Shown here: positions 1 through 9,789 of the stretch, one piece after another
Layout: every line of letters begins with the position of its first letter
How positions within the stretch are numbered: the stretch's first letter is position 1
Assembly (NCBI GenBank): GCA_039831155.1
Contig: JBDONT010000038.1
Coordinates: 1 to 35,516, forward strand
Source of the DNA: Nautiliaceae bacterium
GTDB lineage: Bacteria > Campylobacterota > Campylobacteria > Campylobacterales > Nautiliaceae
DNA: 35,516 nt
Direction: 5' to 3'
Program-made: the position numbers and the translations under genes
The notes under the pieces: model-generated
The model's input: only the letters and a program-made list of their open reading frames with translations
What the model was told of the DNA's origin: nothing
Databases searched by the model: none

Positions 1-72
1 AGATTTCATTCAGCACTAGGTTATGATAAACCTATGAGTGTTTATAAAAAAATGTTACATAAAGTAGCTTAA
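1..72 (+). mobile_element. 3' end of IS3-family transposase (runs in from outside the window)
   Basis: Frame 1 reads RFHSALGYDKPMSVYKKMLHKVA*; RxHSxLGYxxP is the C-terminal motif of IS3-family integrase-core transposases. Confidence 0.8.
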
Positions 73-100
73 TAGATGGAAAACAAATCTTTTAATTTAT

Positions 101-125
101 TGTCTTGACAAATGGGGGCATTATA
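101..125 (+). repeat. Probable right terminal inverted repeat of the IS3-family element
   Basis: TGTCTTGACAAATGGGGGCATTATA lies just after the transposase stop and resembles IS3-family right ends; a different transposase frame resumes right after it. The left IR is outside the window. Confidence 0.6.
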
Positions 126-127
126 GG

Positions 128-277
128 TTTAGTAATGACGAATCATTATTTAAACTGGTTTACCTGATTTATAAGGATATTTCAAAAAAATGGCAAAAAT
201 CCATTTCAAATTGGGCTGAAATTATTTCACAATTTGCTATAATGTTTGAAAACAGACTGGAACCTTATTTAAAATGA
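128..277 (+). pseudogene. C-terminal remnant of IS256-family (Mutator-type) transposase, interrupted by the IS3 element
   Basis: Reads FSNDESLFKLVYLIYKDISKKWQKSISNWAEIISQFAIMFENRLEPYLK*, matching the typical IS256 C-terminus (FPNDES..KL.YL....SKKW..PI.NW....QF.I.F..R); no start codon. Confidence 0.85.
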
Positions 278-286
278 ATTTTATGA

Positions 287-311
287 TTTACACAAAGTAT
301 GAAGCGGTCTC
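287..311 (+). repeat. Probable right terminal inverted repeat of the IS256 element
   Basis: TTTACACAAAGTATGAAGCGGTCTC; TTACACA..(N)..CTC is the usual IS256 right-end pattern, located 10 bp after the transposase stop. Confidence 0.65.
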
Positions 312-618
312 TTTATGTCAATTTTAAAAGAGTAAAGTTGGAAAAACTTATTCAAAGTATTGCTATATTTATTGCTTTATTAATATCTCATTCTTTACCA
401 AAAGATTTTTTTAAGTCGGATTTATTTTTTTTATTAGTAGAGATAGTAGGGGTATTTATAATAATTTTTTTGATTAAACCTTTAAGAATATTAATTTTTA
501 GTTTGGCTGCTATTGCTTCTTTTTTTGCTTGTGTTGCAAGTATTATACATTTTCAAATATTACCTGCTGTAGGCTTTTTTTTCTAGCTTTATTATTAGGA
601 GCTTTTGCTCAGGAATAA
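312..618 (+). pseudogene. 3' part of a small membrane-protein gene, probably truncated by the IS and possibly frameshifted in a T8 run
   Basis: ORF 299-586 starts inside the IS256 IR and has several hydrophobic segments. It stops right after the T8 run at 575-582, and another frame continues LALLLGAFAQE* to 618. Confidence 0.4.
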
Positions 619-623
619 TTTAT

Positions 624-1667
624 TTAAATTAATATTTTATTTATTCTCCTTATCCCCTCAATTATAGACTTTTTTGGATTTTTTGGGTTGATGTAAGGTG
701 GGCGATATTTTTTATCCCATAAATTATTTTCTTTTATCCATTTTTCGCAACAGTTTTGGTTTAGGATGCTAAAAGTTTTTAAAGGATATTTTAGGGCTAA
801 TCCGTATAAAAATTTATTAGTTACAATTTTTGGGCGTTTTTTTATGGATATTTCTCTTTTTAGTTTGTTTGGAAGGTTAAGGATTGAGGTTAATTTATCA
901 GAGGGGATGTTTTTGGCGTATTTTAGATGATATAGAAAATAACTTTCAACAGGATTTATTTTGTAAAGTTTTGCAAGATGAAAAAATTCTTTTTTTGAAA
1001 ACTCTAAGTTTAAAAGTTTTTTTGCAATTTCTAAAATTATAAAATAGTAAAACCCGTAATATAAAAATTTGCTCTTAAACATCTTTTCAAATTCCATATA
1101 AATTCTCTCACGGCTTAAGTCACTTAAATCTATGTTTTGACAAAGCTTTATAGTTTTAGGAGCTATTTTGAATTTAAGTCTACTTGCAAACTGTATAGCC
1201 CTTAGAACTCTCAATGAATCTTCTATAAAAGTTTTATTATCAATATGGCGAATGACTCTTTTTTTGATATCTTCAATTCCACCCCAAAAATCAAGAATTT
1301 CATTTGTATAGATGTTTTTCATTAAAGCGTTCATTGTAAAATCTCTTCTGCGTGATGCTTCTTTTTCATTTTGGGTGAGTTTTACTTCAAAGCCTTTGTG
1401 GCCGTATCCCACTTTACTTTCCGTCCGTGGCAAGGCTATGTCAAAATTTTTCCATTTATATACAAAAAAACTTTTTCCAACCCCTTTTGCTCCCAGTTTT
1501 TGCATTAATTTATCAAACTCTTCTTGAGATATGTCATAAATTTCTAAGTCATACTCTTTTGATTTAATTCCTAAAATTTCATCCCTAACACATCCACCAA
1601 CTAAATAGACTCTTTTTGTATAAGGAGCAAAAAAATTTTTTAAAAATTTCAGGTCTTTATTTTCCAT
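624..1667 (-). CDS. cca: CCA tRNA nucleotidyltransferase
   Basis: YLVGGCVRD, DLE, RRDFTMNAL and FIEDSLRVLRAIQFASR motifs of class II nucleotidyltransferases. Confidence 0.9.
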   Translation of the reverse strand: MENKDLKFLKNFFAPYTKRVYLVGGCVRDEILGIKSKEYDLEIYDISQEEFDKLMQKLGAKGVGKSFFVYKWKNFDIALPRTESKVGYGHKGFEVKLTQNEKEASRRRDFTMNALMKNIYTNEILDFWGGIEDIKKRVIRHIDNKTFIEDSLRVLRAIQFASRLKFKIAPKTIKLCQNIDLSDLSRERIYMEFEKMFKSKFLYYGFYYFIILEIAKKLLNLEFSKKEFFHLAKLYKINPVESYFLYHLKYAKNIPSDKLTSILNLPNKLKREISIKKRPKIVTNKFLYGLALKYPLKTFSILNQNCCEKWIKENNLWDKKYRPPYINPKNPKKSIIEGIRRINKILI

Positions 1668-1917
1668 TTAGTTTTTCTTCTATTTTTACTAGGAGATATT
1701 CTAAGAAATTTAAAGTAACATCAAGTTTTACGTCTAAATTTTCGGTATTGGGAGATTGTAAGCCTTCAAATAAAATTAAAATTCTCTCTTTTATGTGCCT
1801 TAAAAACTCTTCGTCGCATTCAGATTTCGGTTTTAAAGTAAGTTCTTCTTCTGTAAGTTCTATATCGCTTTCTATTTCCTGGATTGTTTCTAAAATAGTC
1901 TCTTTTATATCTTTCAT
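1657..1917 (-). CDS. CiaD-like domain protein
   Basis: FL..IKERILILFEGL...KLDVTLNFLEYLL resembles Campylobacter CiaD (Cj0788), which also lies directly upstream of cca. Confidence 0.7.
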   Translation of the reverse strand: MKDIKETILETIQEIESDIELTEEELTLKPKSECDEEFLRHIKERILILFEGLQSPNTENLDVKLDVTLNFLEYLLVKIEEKLNGK

Positions 1918-2159
1918 TTTAACTCACTTAGCCATTTTTCAAATTCATATCTGTTTTTTTGGTTTATATTATTAAACTCTTTTAATTTTATAATATTTAC
2001 TCCGTCAAATTTTTTTCTTTTTTTTAATCTTTCTATAGCTTCTAAGATTTCTTTGTCGGGATTTTTTTTAGCGAGGTCCTCATAAATTTCCAAGGCTTCT
2101 TTTTTGAAGCCCTGGATTTCTAGTATTTGAGCGTAAGTTTTTGTTTTAGTGAGCGGCAT
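1914..2159 (-). CDS. Small TPR-like conserved hypothetical protein
   Basis: [24 protein letters not shown] resembles a single TPR-like helix pair; the gene overlaps both neighbours. Confidence 0.6.
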   Translation of the reverse strand: MPLTKTKTYAQILEIQGFKKEALEIYEDLAKKNPDKEILEAIERLKKRKKFDGVNIIKLKEFNNINQKNRYEFEKWLSELK

Positions 2160-3210
2160 GGTCTGCTATTAAGCTACCCATTTCAGATGTGGTTACTACT
2201 TCTTTTGCATCAAATGATGCTAAATCTTTTGTTCTATATCCTTCTGCCAATACTTTTTTGATTGCTTCTTTTATTCTTTTCGCTCCGGATGTTTCTCCTA
2301 AATAATCAAGCATCATAGCAGCACTTAAAATTGTTGCAATCGGATTTGCTATACCTTGACCGGCAATATCAGGAGCACTTCCGTGAATTGGTTCAAACAA
2401 TCCAACTTTCCCACCTATACTTGCACTAGGAAGTAAACCAATGCTTCCTACAATCATACTCGCTTCATCACTTAAAATATCTCCAAAAATGTTTCCGGTT
2501 AAAATTACGTCAAATTGTTTAGGGTCTCTTACAAGCTGCATTGCAGCGTTGTCTACGTACATATGCTCAAGTTCAACTTCTGGATAATTTTTGGTAACTT
2601 CGTTTACAACTTCTCTCCAAAGTTCACTTACTTCAAGTACGTTTGCTTTATCTACGGACGTTACTTTTTTATTTCTTTTCATAGCTTCTTCAAATGCAAC
2701 TTTTGCGATTCTTTCGATTTCGTCTCTTGTATAAATCATTGTGTTGTAAGCTTTATTGTCATCTTTGTATCTAGGCTCTCCAAAGTAAATTCCACCGGTT
2801 AATTCTCTTACTACTGTTAAATCCACCCCTTTTATAACTTCCGGTTTAAGACTTGAAGCGTTAACGAGTTCGTCAAAAATAATAGCCGGTCTTATATTTG
2901 CAAACAGTCCTAAAGATTTTCTAAGTTTCAGAAGGCCACTTTCCGGTCTTTTTTCTTTTGGTAAATTATCCCATTTAGGTCCACCTATCGCACCGAATAA
3001 AATAGCGTCCGAATTAAGAGAACCTTTTATAGTTTCATCTGGACAAGGGTTGTCAAATACATCAACGGCGGCTCCGCCTAATAAGTATTCTTTATATTCC
3101 AAGTTAAACCCTTCTTTACTGGCTACTGCATCGAGTACTTTAATAGCTTCTTCTATAATTTCAGGACCTATTCCGTCGCCTTTTATTACGGCTATTTTAT
3201 AATTTCTCAT
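2146..3210 (-). CDS. leuB: 3-isopropylmalate dehydrogenase
   Basis: [34 protein letters not shown] and [12 protein letters not shown] motifs. Confidence 0.96.
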   Translation of the reverse strand: MRNYKIAVIKGDGIGPEIIEEAIKVLDAVASKEGFNLEYKEYLLGGAAVDVFDNPCPDETIKGSLNSDAILFGAIGGPKWDNLPKEKRPESGLLKLRKSLGLFANIRPAIIFDELVNASSLKPEVIKGVDLTVVRELTGGIYFGEPRYKDDNKAYNTMIYTRDEIERIAKVAFEEAMKRNKKVTSVDKANVLEVSELWREVVNEVTKNYPEVELEHMYVDNAAMQLVRDPKQFDVILTGNIFGDILSDEASMIVGSIGLLPSASIGGKVGLFEPIHGSAPDIAGQGIANPIATILSAAMMLDYLGETSGAKRIKEAIKKVLAEGYRTKDLASFDAKEVVTTSEMGSLIADHAAH

Positions 3211-3707
3211 TTTTGTTCCTTTAACATTTCTTTTGCAAAGTTTATAAGACCACCGGCTGCAATTAAGTTTTGCATAAAAGGAGGAATCGGAGTAAATTTA
3301 TAATCTTTTCCGGTGTCTACGTTGTGGATAATTCCTTTGTCAAGGTCGATTTTAATTAAATCACCTTCATTGATTTCGTCACTCTCAAGAAGTTCGAAAA
3401 TCGGAAGTCCCATATTAAAACTGTTTCTGTAAAAAATTCTGGCAAAGCTTTTTGCAATTACAGCTGCAACTCCGGCGGCTTTTAAAGCAATCGGAGCGTG
3501 TTCGCGACTACTACCACTACCAAAGTTATATCCGGCAACTATGATATCTCCCGGTCTTACTTTTTTAGGAAATTCCGGGTCTGCATCTTCCATTACGTGT
3601 TTTGCGAGTTCGTGAGGGTCAGAAGTGTTTAGGTATCTTGCCGGAATAATTAAATCCGTATCAATATTATCACCAAATTTCCATACTCTTCCTGTAATAA
3701 TATTCAT
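3207..3707 (-). CDS. leuD: 3-isopropylmalate dehydratase small subunit (short LeuD type)
   Basis: [25 protein letters not shown] and SFARIFYRN motifs; overlaps the leuB start. Confidence 0.93.
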   Translation of the reverse strand: MNIITGRVWKFGDNIDTDLIIPARYLNTSDPHELAKHVMEDADPEFPKKVRPGDIIVAGYNFGSGSSREHAPIALKAAGVAAVIAKSFARIFYRNSFNMGLPIFELLESDEINEGDLIKIDLDKGIIHNVDTGKDYKFTPIPPFMQNLIAAGGLINFAKEMLKEQK

Positions 3708-3728
3708 AAAGTTCCTTTTTTATTTTGA

Positions 3729-3737
3729 ATTTTAGCA
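3729..3737 (-). promoter_or_regulatory. Extended -10 promoter for the leuD-leuB-...-cca operon
   Basis: TGCTAAAAT on the minus strand about 20 bp upstream of leuD, followed by an AAGGA RBS. Confidence 0.55.
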
Positions 3738-3759
3738 AAAATGAATATAAAAAAGAAAT

Positions 3760-4989
3760 TCAGCTAAGTTTAATTAGCGTTAAAGCACTAAATAAAATAA
3801 CTGATTCTACTAAAAAAAAGATTAAAGATTTTTTTGCAAGTTCTTTTGAAAAAAACAAAACTATAAAGAATTTTGTAATAGTATTGCTTAAAGAGGCTAT
3901 CAAAATCCCTATACTTGCGTTTTTTAAGGATATGGATTTTTGGCTTAATTCTCCTAAAGAGAGGGTAATTGCGTCCACATCGCTAAATCCGGAAATAAAA
4001 GAGACTATAAAAATCCCGGCATTTCCGAAATTGTTGTGGGCGTATTTTATTAAGGCGTAAATTATTGCAAAGATAATCGCAAATTTTATGGCTTCGTTTA
4101 ATTCCAGAGGATTTTTTTCCAAAAGATTAAAAGATGTAACGGCTTTTGTGGATTTTTTGAAAAAGTAATAAGATATGAAAATTCCGTAAACTGTAGCTAT
4201 AAAATACGGTAAGAAAAGGTATTTTGAAAGTTGAGGATTTGTAATGTAGCTTTCTATAAACACTCTTGCAAACATTAATGTATTCGCTATGGAAATACCG
4301 GCTAGATATGTAAAGATAGATGTTTTAGATTCTTTATACATAGCACTAAAACTTGCAGTTACGGCAGTTGAACTTACAAACCCTCCGGCTGCTGCCGTAA
4401 ATAAAAGTCCTTTTTTTCCAAAAAACTTAACTCCTAAATATCCTATAAATGATAAAGAAGCGATAATTATGGCCATAAGCCAGGTTTTATAAGGATTAAA
4501 GAGATTTAAAAACGTTTTATTGGGAAGAATCGGTAAAAGTAAAAAGCTCATAACCAAAAGCAGTATAGCTGCGTTTATCTCTTTTGATGTGATTTTTGTT
4601 TCTATTTTTTGAAGCAGGGGTTTTATATTTAATATAACTATAGTGGTTACGGCTGTAAAAATAGCGTAGGTCGGGAGTTTATAGTAGACCATAGTCCCTA
4701 TTATAAAAGTTATCAAATAGGCTATATTTGTTGTTATTCCGTCTTGTTTTGTGTATTTTGTTTTAAGGAAATAGGCTGTTAGGGAAAAGATTGTTACTGC
4801 TAAAAAAGAGATTATTAAAAAGTTTTTTTCAAAAGAGTTTACCCAGGCACTTAAATAGCCAAAAAAAGATGTAAGGGCAAAACTTCTGCTTCCGGCAAAG
4901 GTGTTTTTGTAAGTTAAACTTCTTTGAAGTCCTATTAAAAATCCGAGTATCAATGTAAGAAGTAAAGATTTTATAATTTCTATTTGCAT
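3760..4989 (-). CDS. MgtC/SapB family membrane protein with DUF4010 domain
   Basis: LGFLIGLQR...FAGSRSFAL, GITT, LPILPN...NPYKTW, GGFVSSTAVT and SGFSDVDAITLS motifs; polytopic membrane protein. Confidence 0.85.
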   Translation of the reverse strand: MQIEIIKSLLLTLILGFLIGLQRSLTYKNTFAGSRSFALTSFFGYLSAWVNSFEKNFLIISFLAVTIFSLTAYFLKTKYTKQDGITTNIAYLITFIIGTMVYYKLPTYAIFTAVTTIVILNIKPLLQKIETKITSKEINAAILLLVMSFLLLPILPNKTFLNLFNPYKTWLMAIIIASLSFIGYLGVKFFGKKGLLFTAAAGGFVSSTAVTASFSAMYKESKTSIFTYLAGISIANTLMFARVFIESYITNPQLSKYLFLPYFIATVYGIFISYYFFKKSTKAVTSFNLLEKNPLELNEAIKFAIIFAIIYALIKYAHNNFGNAGIFIVSFISGFSDVDAITLSLGELSQKSISLKNASIGILIASLSNTITKFFIVLFFSKELAKKSLIFFLVESVILFSALTLIKLS

Positions 4990-5006
4990 ATCAGCCTTTT
5001 TTGGTA

Positions 5007-5031
5007 ATTATATAAAATTTTTTGATAAAAT
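5007..5031. promoter_or_regulatory. Divergent -10 elements for the mgtC-like gene and mobB
   Basis: TATAAT on the minus strand at 5007-5012; TGATAAAAT on the plus strand at 5023-5031. Confidence 0.5.
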
Positions 5032-5051
5032 TATGCAAAAAAAGGACTCTT

Positions 5052-5537
5052 TTGAGAAAAGCCATCGCTTTTACAGGCCCTAGTAATTCAGGTAAGACTA
5101 CGTTAATAGAAAAAATTGCCAAAAGATTAATAAGTTCGTATAAACTTGCCATTATCAAAAACGATCCTAGTGATAAAGCTGTTTTTGACAAAGAGGGTAA
5201 GGATAGTTATAAATTTTATCAAACCGGTGCTGAAGTTGTAGTAACGTCTCCTACGCGTACCACTTATTTTTCTCACAGGCAGAAATCTTTGGATGAAATT
5301 ATTGAGATGATAAAAGATTTCGATATTTTGCTAGTGGAGGGGTTAAAATATCTTCCTCTTCCAAGAATTGCTGTTTTTAGAGGGGATGTGGATGAGAGTT
5401 ATTTTAGATATATAAAAGCAGTAGCTGTTGATGAGAGTGTGGATAAAAGCAAAATCCCTCCTCATATTGAAATACTTGATTTGAATAATATCGATGAAAT
5501 TATCGAGTGGGTTTTAACTAACGCAGAGGATATATAA
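5052..5537 (+). CDS. mobB: Molybdopterin-guanine dinucleotide biosynthesis protein B
   Basis: P-loop [21 protein letters not shown] and LLVEGLK. Start placed at TTG 5052, after the AAAGGA RBS, rather than at 5022. Confidence 0.9.
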   Translation: MRKAIAFTGPSNSGKTTLIEKIAKRLISSYKLAIIKNDPSDKAVFDKEGKDSYKFYQTGAEVVVTSPTRTTYFSHRQKSLDEIIEMIKDFDILLVEGLKYLPLPRIAVFRGDVDESYFRYIKAVAVDESVDKSKIPPHIEILDLNNIDEIIEWVLTNAEDI

Positions 5538-5547
5538 AGGAGAGAAA

Positions 5548-6396
5548 ATGACTGAAATTATCAATTCAATCAAACAAATAGCGATAGAAATTAAAGATGC
5601 TATAAAAACAAAAGATACTGGAAAAGTGGAAACGCAAAATGCCAGTGGAGATGTACAGGTAAAACTTGATGTAATAAGCGATGAGATAGTTGAGAAGTAT
5701 TTAATAAAAACTTCAAGTGTGGCAGAAATTATGAGTGAAGAAAAAGAAAAACCGGTTAGATGTAATGAAAACGGTGAATATCTTGTAGCTTATGACCCAC
5801 TTGATGGGAGCAGTCTTATCGATGTGGATTTGAGTGTGGGAAGTATTTTTGGAATTTATAAGGGAAGTTACAGTGGTCCTAATATAGTTGCAGCAGTTTA
5901 TGTTGTATATGGACCAAGAGTTGAAATGGTAATAGCTAGGGATAATGTAGAGCTTTTTAGATTAAATGAAAATACAAATGAATTTGAATTTGTAAAAGAG
6001 TTGAGATTAAACGAAAAAGGAAAAATCTTAGCACCGGGAGGTACTCAAAAACATTGGTATCCTTACCATAAAAAGATGATTGATTCTCTTTTTAAAGAAG
6101 GGTATAGACTTAGATATTCAGGTGGAATGGTTCCGGATTTACATCAGATTTTGCTTAAAGGTGGGGGGCTTTTTGCATATCCCGGAACTACCGATAAACC
6201 AAAAGGTAAACTTAGAAAACTTTTTGAGGTGTTCCCTTTTGCTTATGTTTATACAAAAGCAGGTGGACTTGCCATAGATGAGAGAGACTCTTTATTAGAA
6301 CTTGGAGTGGATGGTTATCACGATACGACGCCTTGCTTTTTTGGAAGCAATTATGAAATTACAAAAGTACTAAACACATATAAAAACAAAGGATAA
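5548..6396 (+). CDS. fbp: Class 1 fructose-1,6-bisphosphatase
   Basis: [27 protein letters not shown] and GKLR.LFE motifs. Confidence 0.94.
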   Translation: MTEIINSIKQIAIEIKDAIKTKDTGKVETQNASGDVQVKLDVISDEIVEKYLIKTSSVAEIMSEEKEKPVRCNENGEYLVAYDPLDGSSLIDVDLSVGSIFGIYKGSYSGPNIVAAVYVVYGPRVEMVIARDNVELFRLNENTNEFEFVKELRLNEKGKILAPGGTQKHWYPYHKKMIDSLFKEGYRLRYSGGMVPDLHQILLKGGGLFAYPGTTDKPKGKLRKLFEVFPFAYVYTKAGGLAIDERDSLLELGVDGYHDTTPCFFGSNYEITKVLNTYKNKG

Positions 6397-6399
6397 AAG

Positions 6400-8304
6400 A
6401 TGGCAGAGTGTAAGAAATACTATTTAACGACACCTATTTATTACGTAAACGACATTCCTCATATAGGGCACGCTTATACGACTATTATTGCCGATACTAT
6501 TGCAAGATATAGTAGACTCAAAGGGCTTGATACGTTCTTTTTAACAGGGACTGACGAGCACGGTCAAAAAATTGAAGAAGCGGCAAAAAAAAGAGGGAAA
6601 TCTCCGAAAGAGTATGCCGATGAGATTAGTTCAAAATTTAAAGAACTGTGGGATGAATTTGAAATAAGCTATGATAAATATATAAGAACTACCGACCCGG
6701 AGCATATAAAAGGTGTGCAAAAAGCGTTTCTTGAAATGTATAAAAAAGGTGATATTTATAAAGACTATTATGAAGGCCATTACTGCGTGAGCTGTGAGAG
6801 TTTTGTAGCTCCAAGCCAGCTTGTAAATGATGAACTTTGTCCCGATTGTGGAAAGCTTACAAGGGTAATTAAAGAAGAAAGTTACTTTTTTAAACTTTCA
6901 AAATATCAAGACCAAATACTTGACTGGCTAAAAAACAAAAAACCAATCCTTCCGGAAGCTAAAGCGAATGAAGTTATCAGATTTGTAGAAGAAGGTTTAA
7001 AAGACCTTTCAATTACAAGAACTTCATTTGAGTGGGGTGTAAAACTTCCAAAAGAAATCAATGACCCAAAACACGTGGTTTACGTATGGCTTGATGCACT
7101 TTTTAACTACTTAACGGCTCTTGGATACGGAAGCGAAGATGAAAGCAACGTAAAAAAATACTGGCCGGCAGATTTACATATAGTAGGAAAAGATATTCTG
7201 AAATTCCACGCGGTTTATTGGCCTGCTTTTTTAATGAGTATTGGTTATGAACTGCCAAAACATATAGCCGCTCACGGATGGTGGACAAGAGACGGTGAGA
7301 AGATGAGTAAATCTAAAGGAAACGTAATAAATCCAAAAGAGGTTGCCGAGGCTTATGGAGTTGAGAACTTTAGGTATTTTATGTTAAGAGAAGTTCCTTT
7401 CGGTGCTGACGGGGATTTTAGTGAAAAAGCGTTAATTGACAGAATCAACAACGACCTTGGAAACGATTTAGGAAACTTACTAAATAGAATTATCGGTATG
7501 GCTTATAAATATTTTGACGGTAAAGTTACAAGTGAAAATGTTGAAAAATATTTTGCTAAAGAGTTAAATGAAGCAAGAGAGATTGTGACTCATTTAGAAG
7601 AGAAGTATCTTTGGAAAATGCAAACTCATAAATTTTTAGAAGAACTTTGGAAAGTTTTAAGTATAGGAAATAAAGCTGTTGATACGTATAAACCGTGGGA
7701 GTTGATGAAAAACGGAGAAACTCAAAAAGCAGCTGCACTGATAGGACTTATTGCAAATCTTTTGGCTATGGTTGCTGTAAACTTACACGCTGTTATGCCA
7801 AAGACAACTTCAAAAATAGCCGATGCTTTAGGATTTGAGATAAACAGTAATACTTTCAAAAAGATTATGCAAGGAAAATTGCTTAAAGATTTCGTAATTA
7901 AAAAAATTCCACCACTTTTCCCTAAAATTGAAAAACCTTTAATGAAAAAACCTGAAGTAAAAGAAGAAAAACCTCAAAATTTAATTACGATTGACGAATT
8001 CTTTAAAACAGAACTTAAAATCGGAAAAGTAGCAGTGGCAGAGGAAGTTAAAAAATCTAAAAAACTTCTTAGACTTGAAGTGGATTTGGGAGAAGGTAAA
8101 CTTCGTCAAATTATTGCCGGAATAAAAGAGTATTATAAACCGGAAGAATTGGTTGATACTTATGTTTGTGTAGTGGCAAATCTAAAACCTGCAAAACTTA
8201 TGGGAATGGTAAGTGAGGGTATGCTTTTAGGAGTGAAAGACGAGAGTGGATTTAGTTTAATTAGACCGGAAAAACCTAAAAAACCGGGTACTCTTATAAA
8301 ATAA
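6400..8304 (+). CDS. metG: Methionine--tRNA ligase with C-terminal tRNA-binding domain
   Basis: HIGH and KMSKS signatures, CVSCE/CPDCG zinc knuckle, C-terminal OB-fold (NLKPAKLMGMVSEGM). Confidence 0.97.
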   Translation: MAECKKYYLTTPIYYVNDIPHIGHAYTTIIADTIARYSRLKGLDTFFLTGTDEHGQKIEEAAKKRGKSPKEYADEISSKFKELWDEFEISYDKYIRTTDPEHIKGVQKAFLEMYKKGDIYKDYYEGHYCVSCESFVAPSQLVNDELCPDCGKLTRVIKEESYFFKLSKYQDQILDWLKNKKPILPEAKANEVIRFVEEGLKDLSITRTSFEWGVKLPKEINDPKHVVYVWLDALFNYLTALGYGSEDESNVKKYWPADLHIVGKDILKFHAVYWPAFLMSIGYELPKHIAAHGWWTRDGEKMSKSKGNVINPKEVAEAYGVENFRYFMLREVPFGADGDFSEKALIDRINNDLGNDLGNLLNRIIGMAYKYFDGKVTSENVEKYFAKELNEAREIVTHLEEKYLWKMQTHKFLEELWKVLSIGNKAVDTYKPWELMKNGETQKAAALIGLIANLLAMVAVNLHAVMPKTTSKIADALGFEINSNTFKKIMQGKLLKDFVIKKIPPLFPKIEKPLMKKPEVKEEKPQNLITIDEFFKTELKIGKVAVAEEVKKSKKLLRLEVDLGEGKLRQIIAGIKEYYKPEELVDTYVCVVANLKPAKLMGMVSEGMLLGVKDESGFSLIRPEKPKKPGTLIK

Positions 8305-8341
8305 GGATAAAACAGCTTAATTTTAATAATGAAGGAAAGCT

Positions 8342-9217
8342 TTGAAAATAGAAACTCTTGTAAATTTAGTGGGGGGAGAGCTTTTAAACTCCCCTTATAT
8401 CAGTGAAGTAACTTCTTATACTAAAAACGTTGATGAGGTAGTAAGGGGAAGTTGCTTTTTTGTTGAAAATGAAAGTGATATCCCTAAGGCTGTTAAAAAC
8501 GGAGCTTATGCTATTGTTTCCGAAAAATATGAAAATATTATCGATAATGAAATTGCTTGGATTAAAGTTGAGTCGATTCAAAAAGCTATAACCGATATTT
8601 TTAAATATGAAAATCTTCAGACCACTATCTATTTTTGTGACGAAATTACCGAACATATTGTTTCTAAAATGAATTTAGACAATAATTTGATTATTTTAAA
8701 ATCTTATGACGATTTGCTTTATTCTCTTAATTTTTCAAAAATACTTTTGACTTCAAAGCAGATTTTTAAAGAGCTTTTTTCCAATATAAAAGATATAAAG
8801 CAAAAAGATATTTCTATTAAGCAAGACGGGCTTTTTTACTGTATTTATAATAACCAAAAAATTTTTTTGCCTTATGTTTATAAGAGTGAATTTTCTAAAG
8901 CTTTAAATTTTTTTGAGGAGAATTCTTTGAAATATACTCTTGAGTTTGAACTTGATAGATTTAAACCGGTATTTGTAAACTATAAATTGCAAGAGGTAAA
9001 TTTCGGAGAGAGTGAGAGGGTTTTGATTAAAGGTATCAAAACCGATGATTTTTTCTTTAAAGAACTTAATTACTTTATTCAAAACACTAAACACGCCAAA
9101 AGTGTGGTGGTAAATGAGAGTATTAAAGAGCTTTTAAATTCTTTTTTTAATTTTGCTATGTTGGTTGATTTTGATATAGATACTGCAAAAAGTGAAAACC
9201 AGGAGGCTTTATTTTGA
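8342..9217 (+). CDS. Conserved Campylobacterota hypothetical protein with Mur-ligase-like N-terminus
   Basis: TTG start after AAGGA. The N-terminus (GEL...V.RGSCFF...AVKNGAYAIV) resembles the MurE/F N-terminal domain, and the position after metG matches Campylobacter synteny. Confidence 0.65.
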   Translation: MKIETLVNLVGGELLNSPYISEVTSYTKNVDEVVRGSCFFVENESDIPKAVKNGAYAIVSEKYENIIDNEIAWIKVESIQKAITDIFKYENLQTTIYFCDEITEHIVSKMNLDNNLIILKSYDDLLYSLNFSKILLTSKQIFKELFSNIKDIKQKDISIKQDGLFYCIYNNQKIFLPYVYKSEFSKALNFFEENSLKYTLEFELDRFKPVFVNYKLQEVNFGESERVLIKGIKTDDFFFKELNYFIQNTKHAKSVVVNESIKELLNSFFNFAMLVDFDIDTAKSENQEALF

Positions 9218-9789
9218 TTAAATTAGAAGAGATAAAAACAATTGCAAAAGGTAAATTTTTAGAGTTAAAAGAGGTGTTTTTTGAGTATAAAGGTAGACCC
9301 AGACGCTGGGAAGTCTGTTCTTCTATGGACAGTGTGGCTATACTTATTTATGATAAAGATTTAAAATCTATAGTATTGGTTAAACAGTTTAGACTGCCGG
9401 TTTATTTAAAAAATGGTGACGGATTTACTTATGAGCTTTGTGCCGGGCTTTGTGATAAGGATAAATGTTCTATTGAAATTGCTAGAGAAGAGGTTTTGGA
9501 AGAGTGCGGGTATGATGTTGATAGCAGTAGAATAAAAAAAATTACTTCAACGTGGGCTAGTGTCGGGACTAATGCTGCTAATCAGACTATTTATTATGTA
9601 GAAGTTGAAAAAAAAGATAAAATTCATAAAGGGGGAGGTGTGGACGATGAAGACATAGAGGTTTTTTATTTGGATGAAAGTAGAGTTGAAGAGTTTGTTT
9701 TTGATGAAACTAAAGTTGTTACGCCGGGGGCTAAATTTGCCCTTCTTTGGTGGCTTTATAAAAAAAATAATCAAAAGGAGAAGAGATGA
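9214..9789 (+). CDS. Nudix hydrolase (NudK/ADP-ribose/GDP-mannose pyrophosphatase-like)
   Basis: LVKQFR.P, ELCAGL...AREEVLEECGY Nudix box and GGG.DDEDIEV. Confidence 0.88.
   Translation: MIKLEEIKTIAKGKFLELKEVFFEYKGRPRRWEVCSSMDSVAILIYDKDLKSIVLVKQFRLPVYLKNGDGFTYELCAGLCDKDKCSIEIAREEVLEECGYDVDSSRIKKITSTWASVGTNAANQTIYYVEVEKKDKIHKGGGVDDEDIEVFYLDESRVEEFVFDETKVVTPGAKFALLWWLYKKNNQKEKR

Noticed and set aside
5022-5051. Longer mobB start given in the ORF track
   Set aside because: It overlaps the -10 element, and the RBS fits TTG at 5052.
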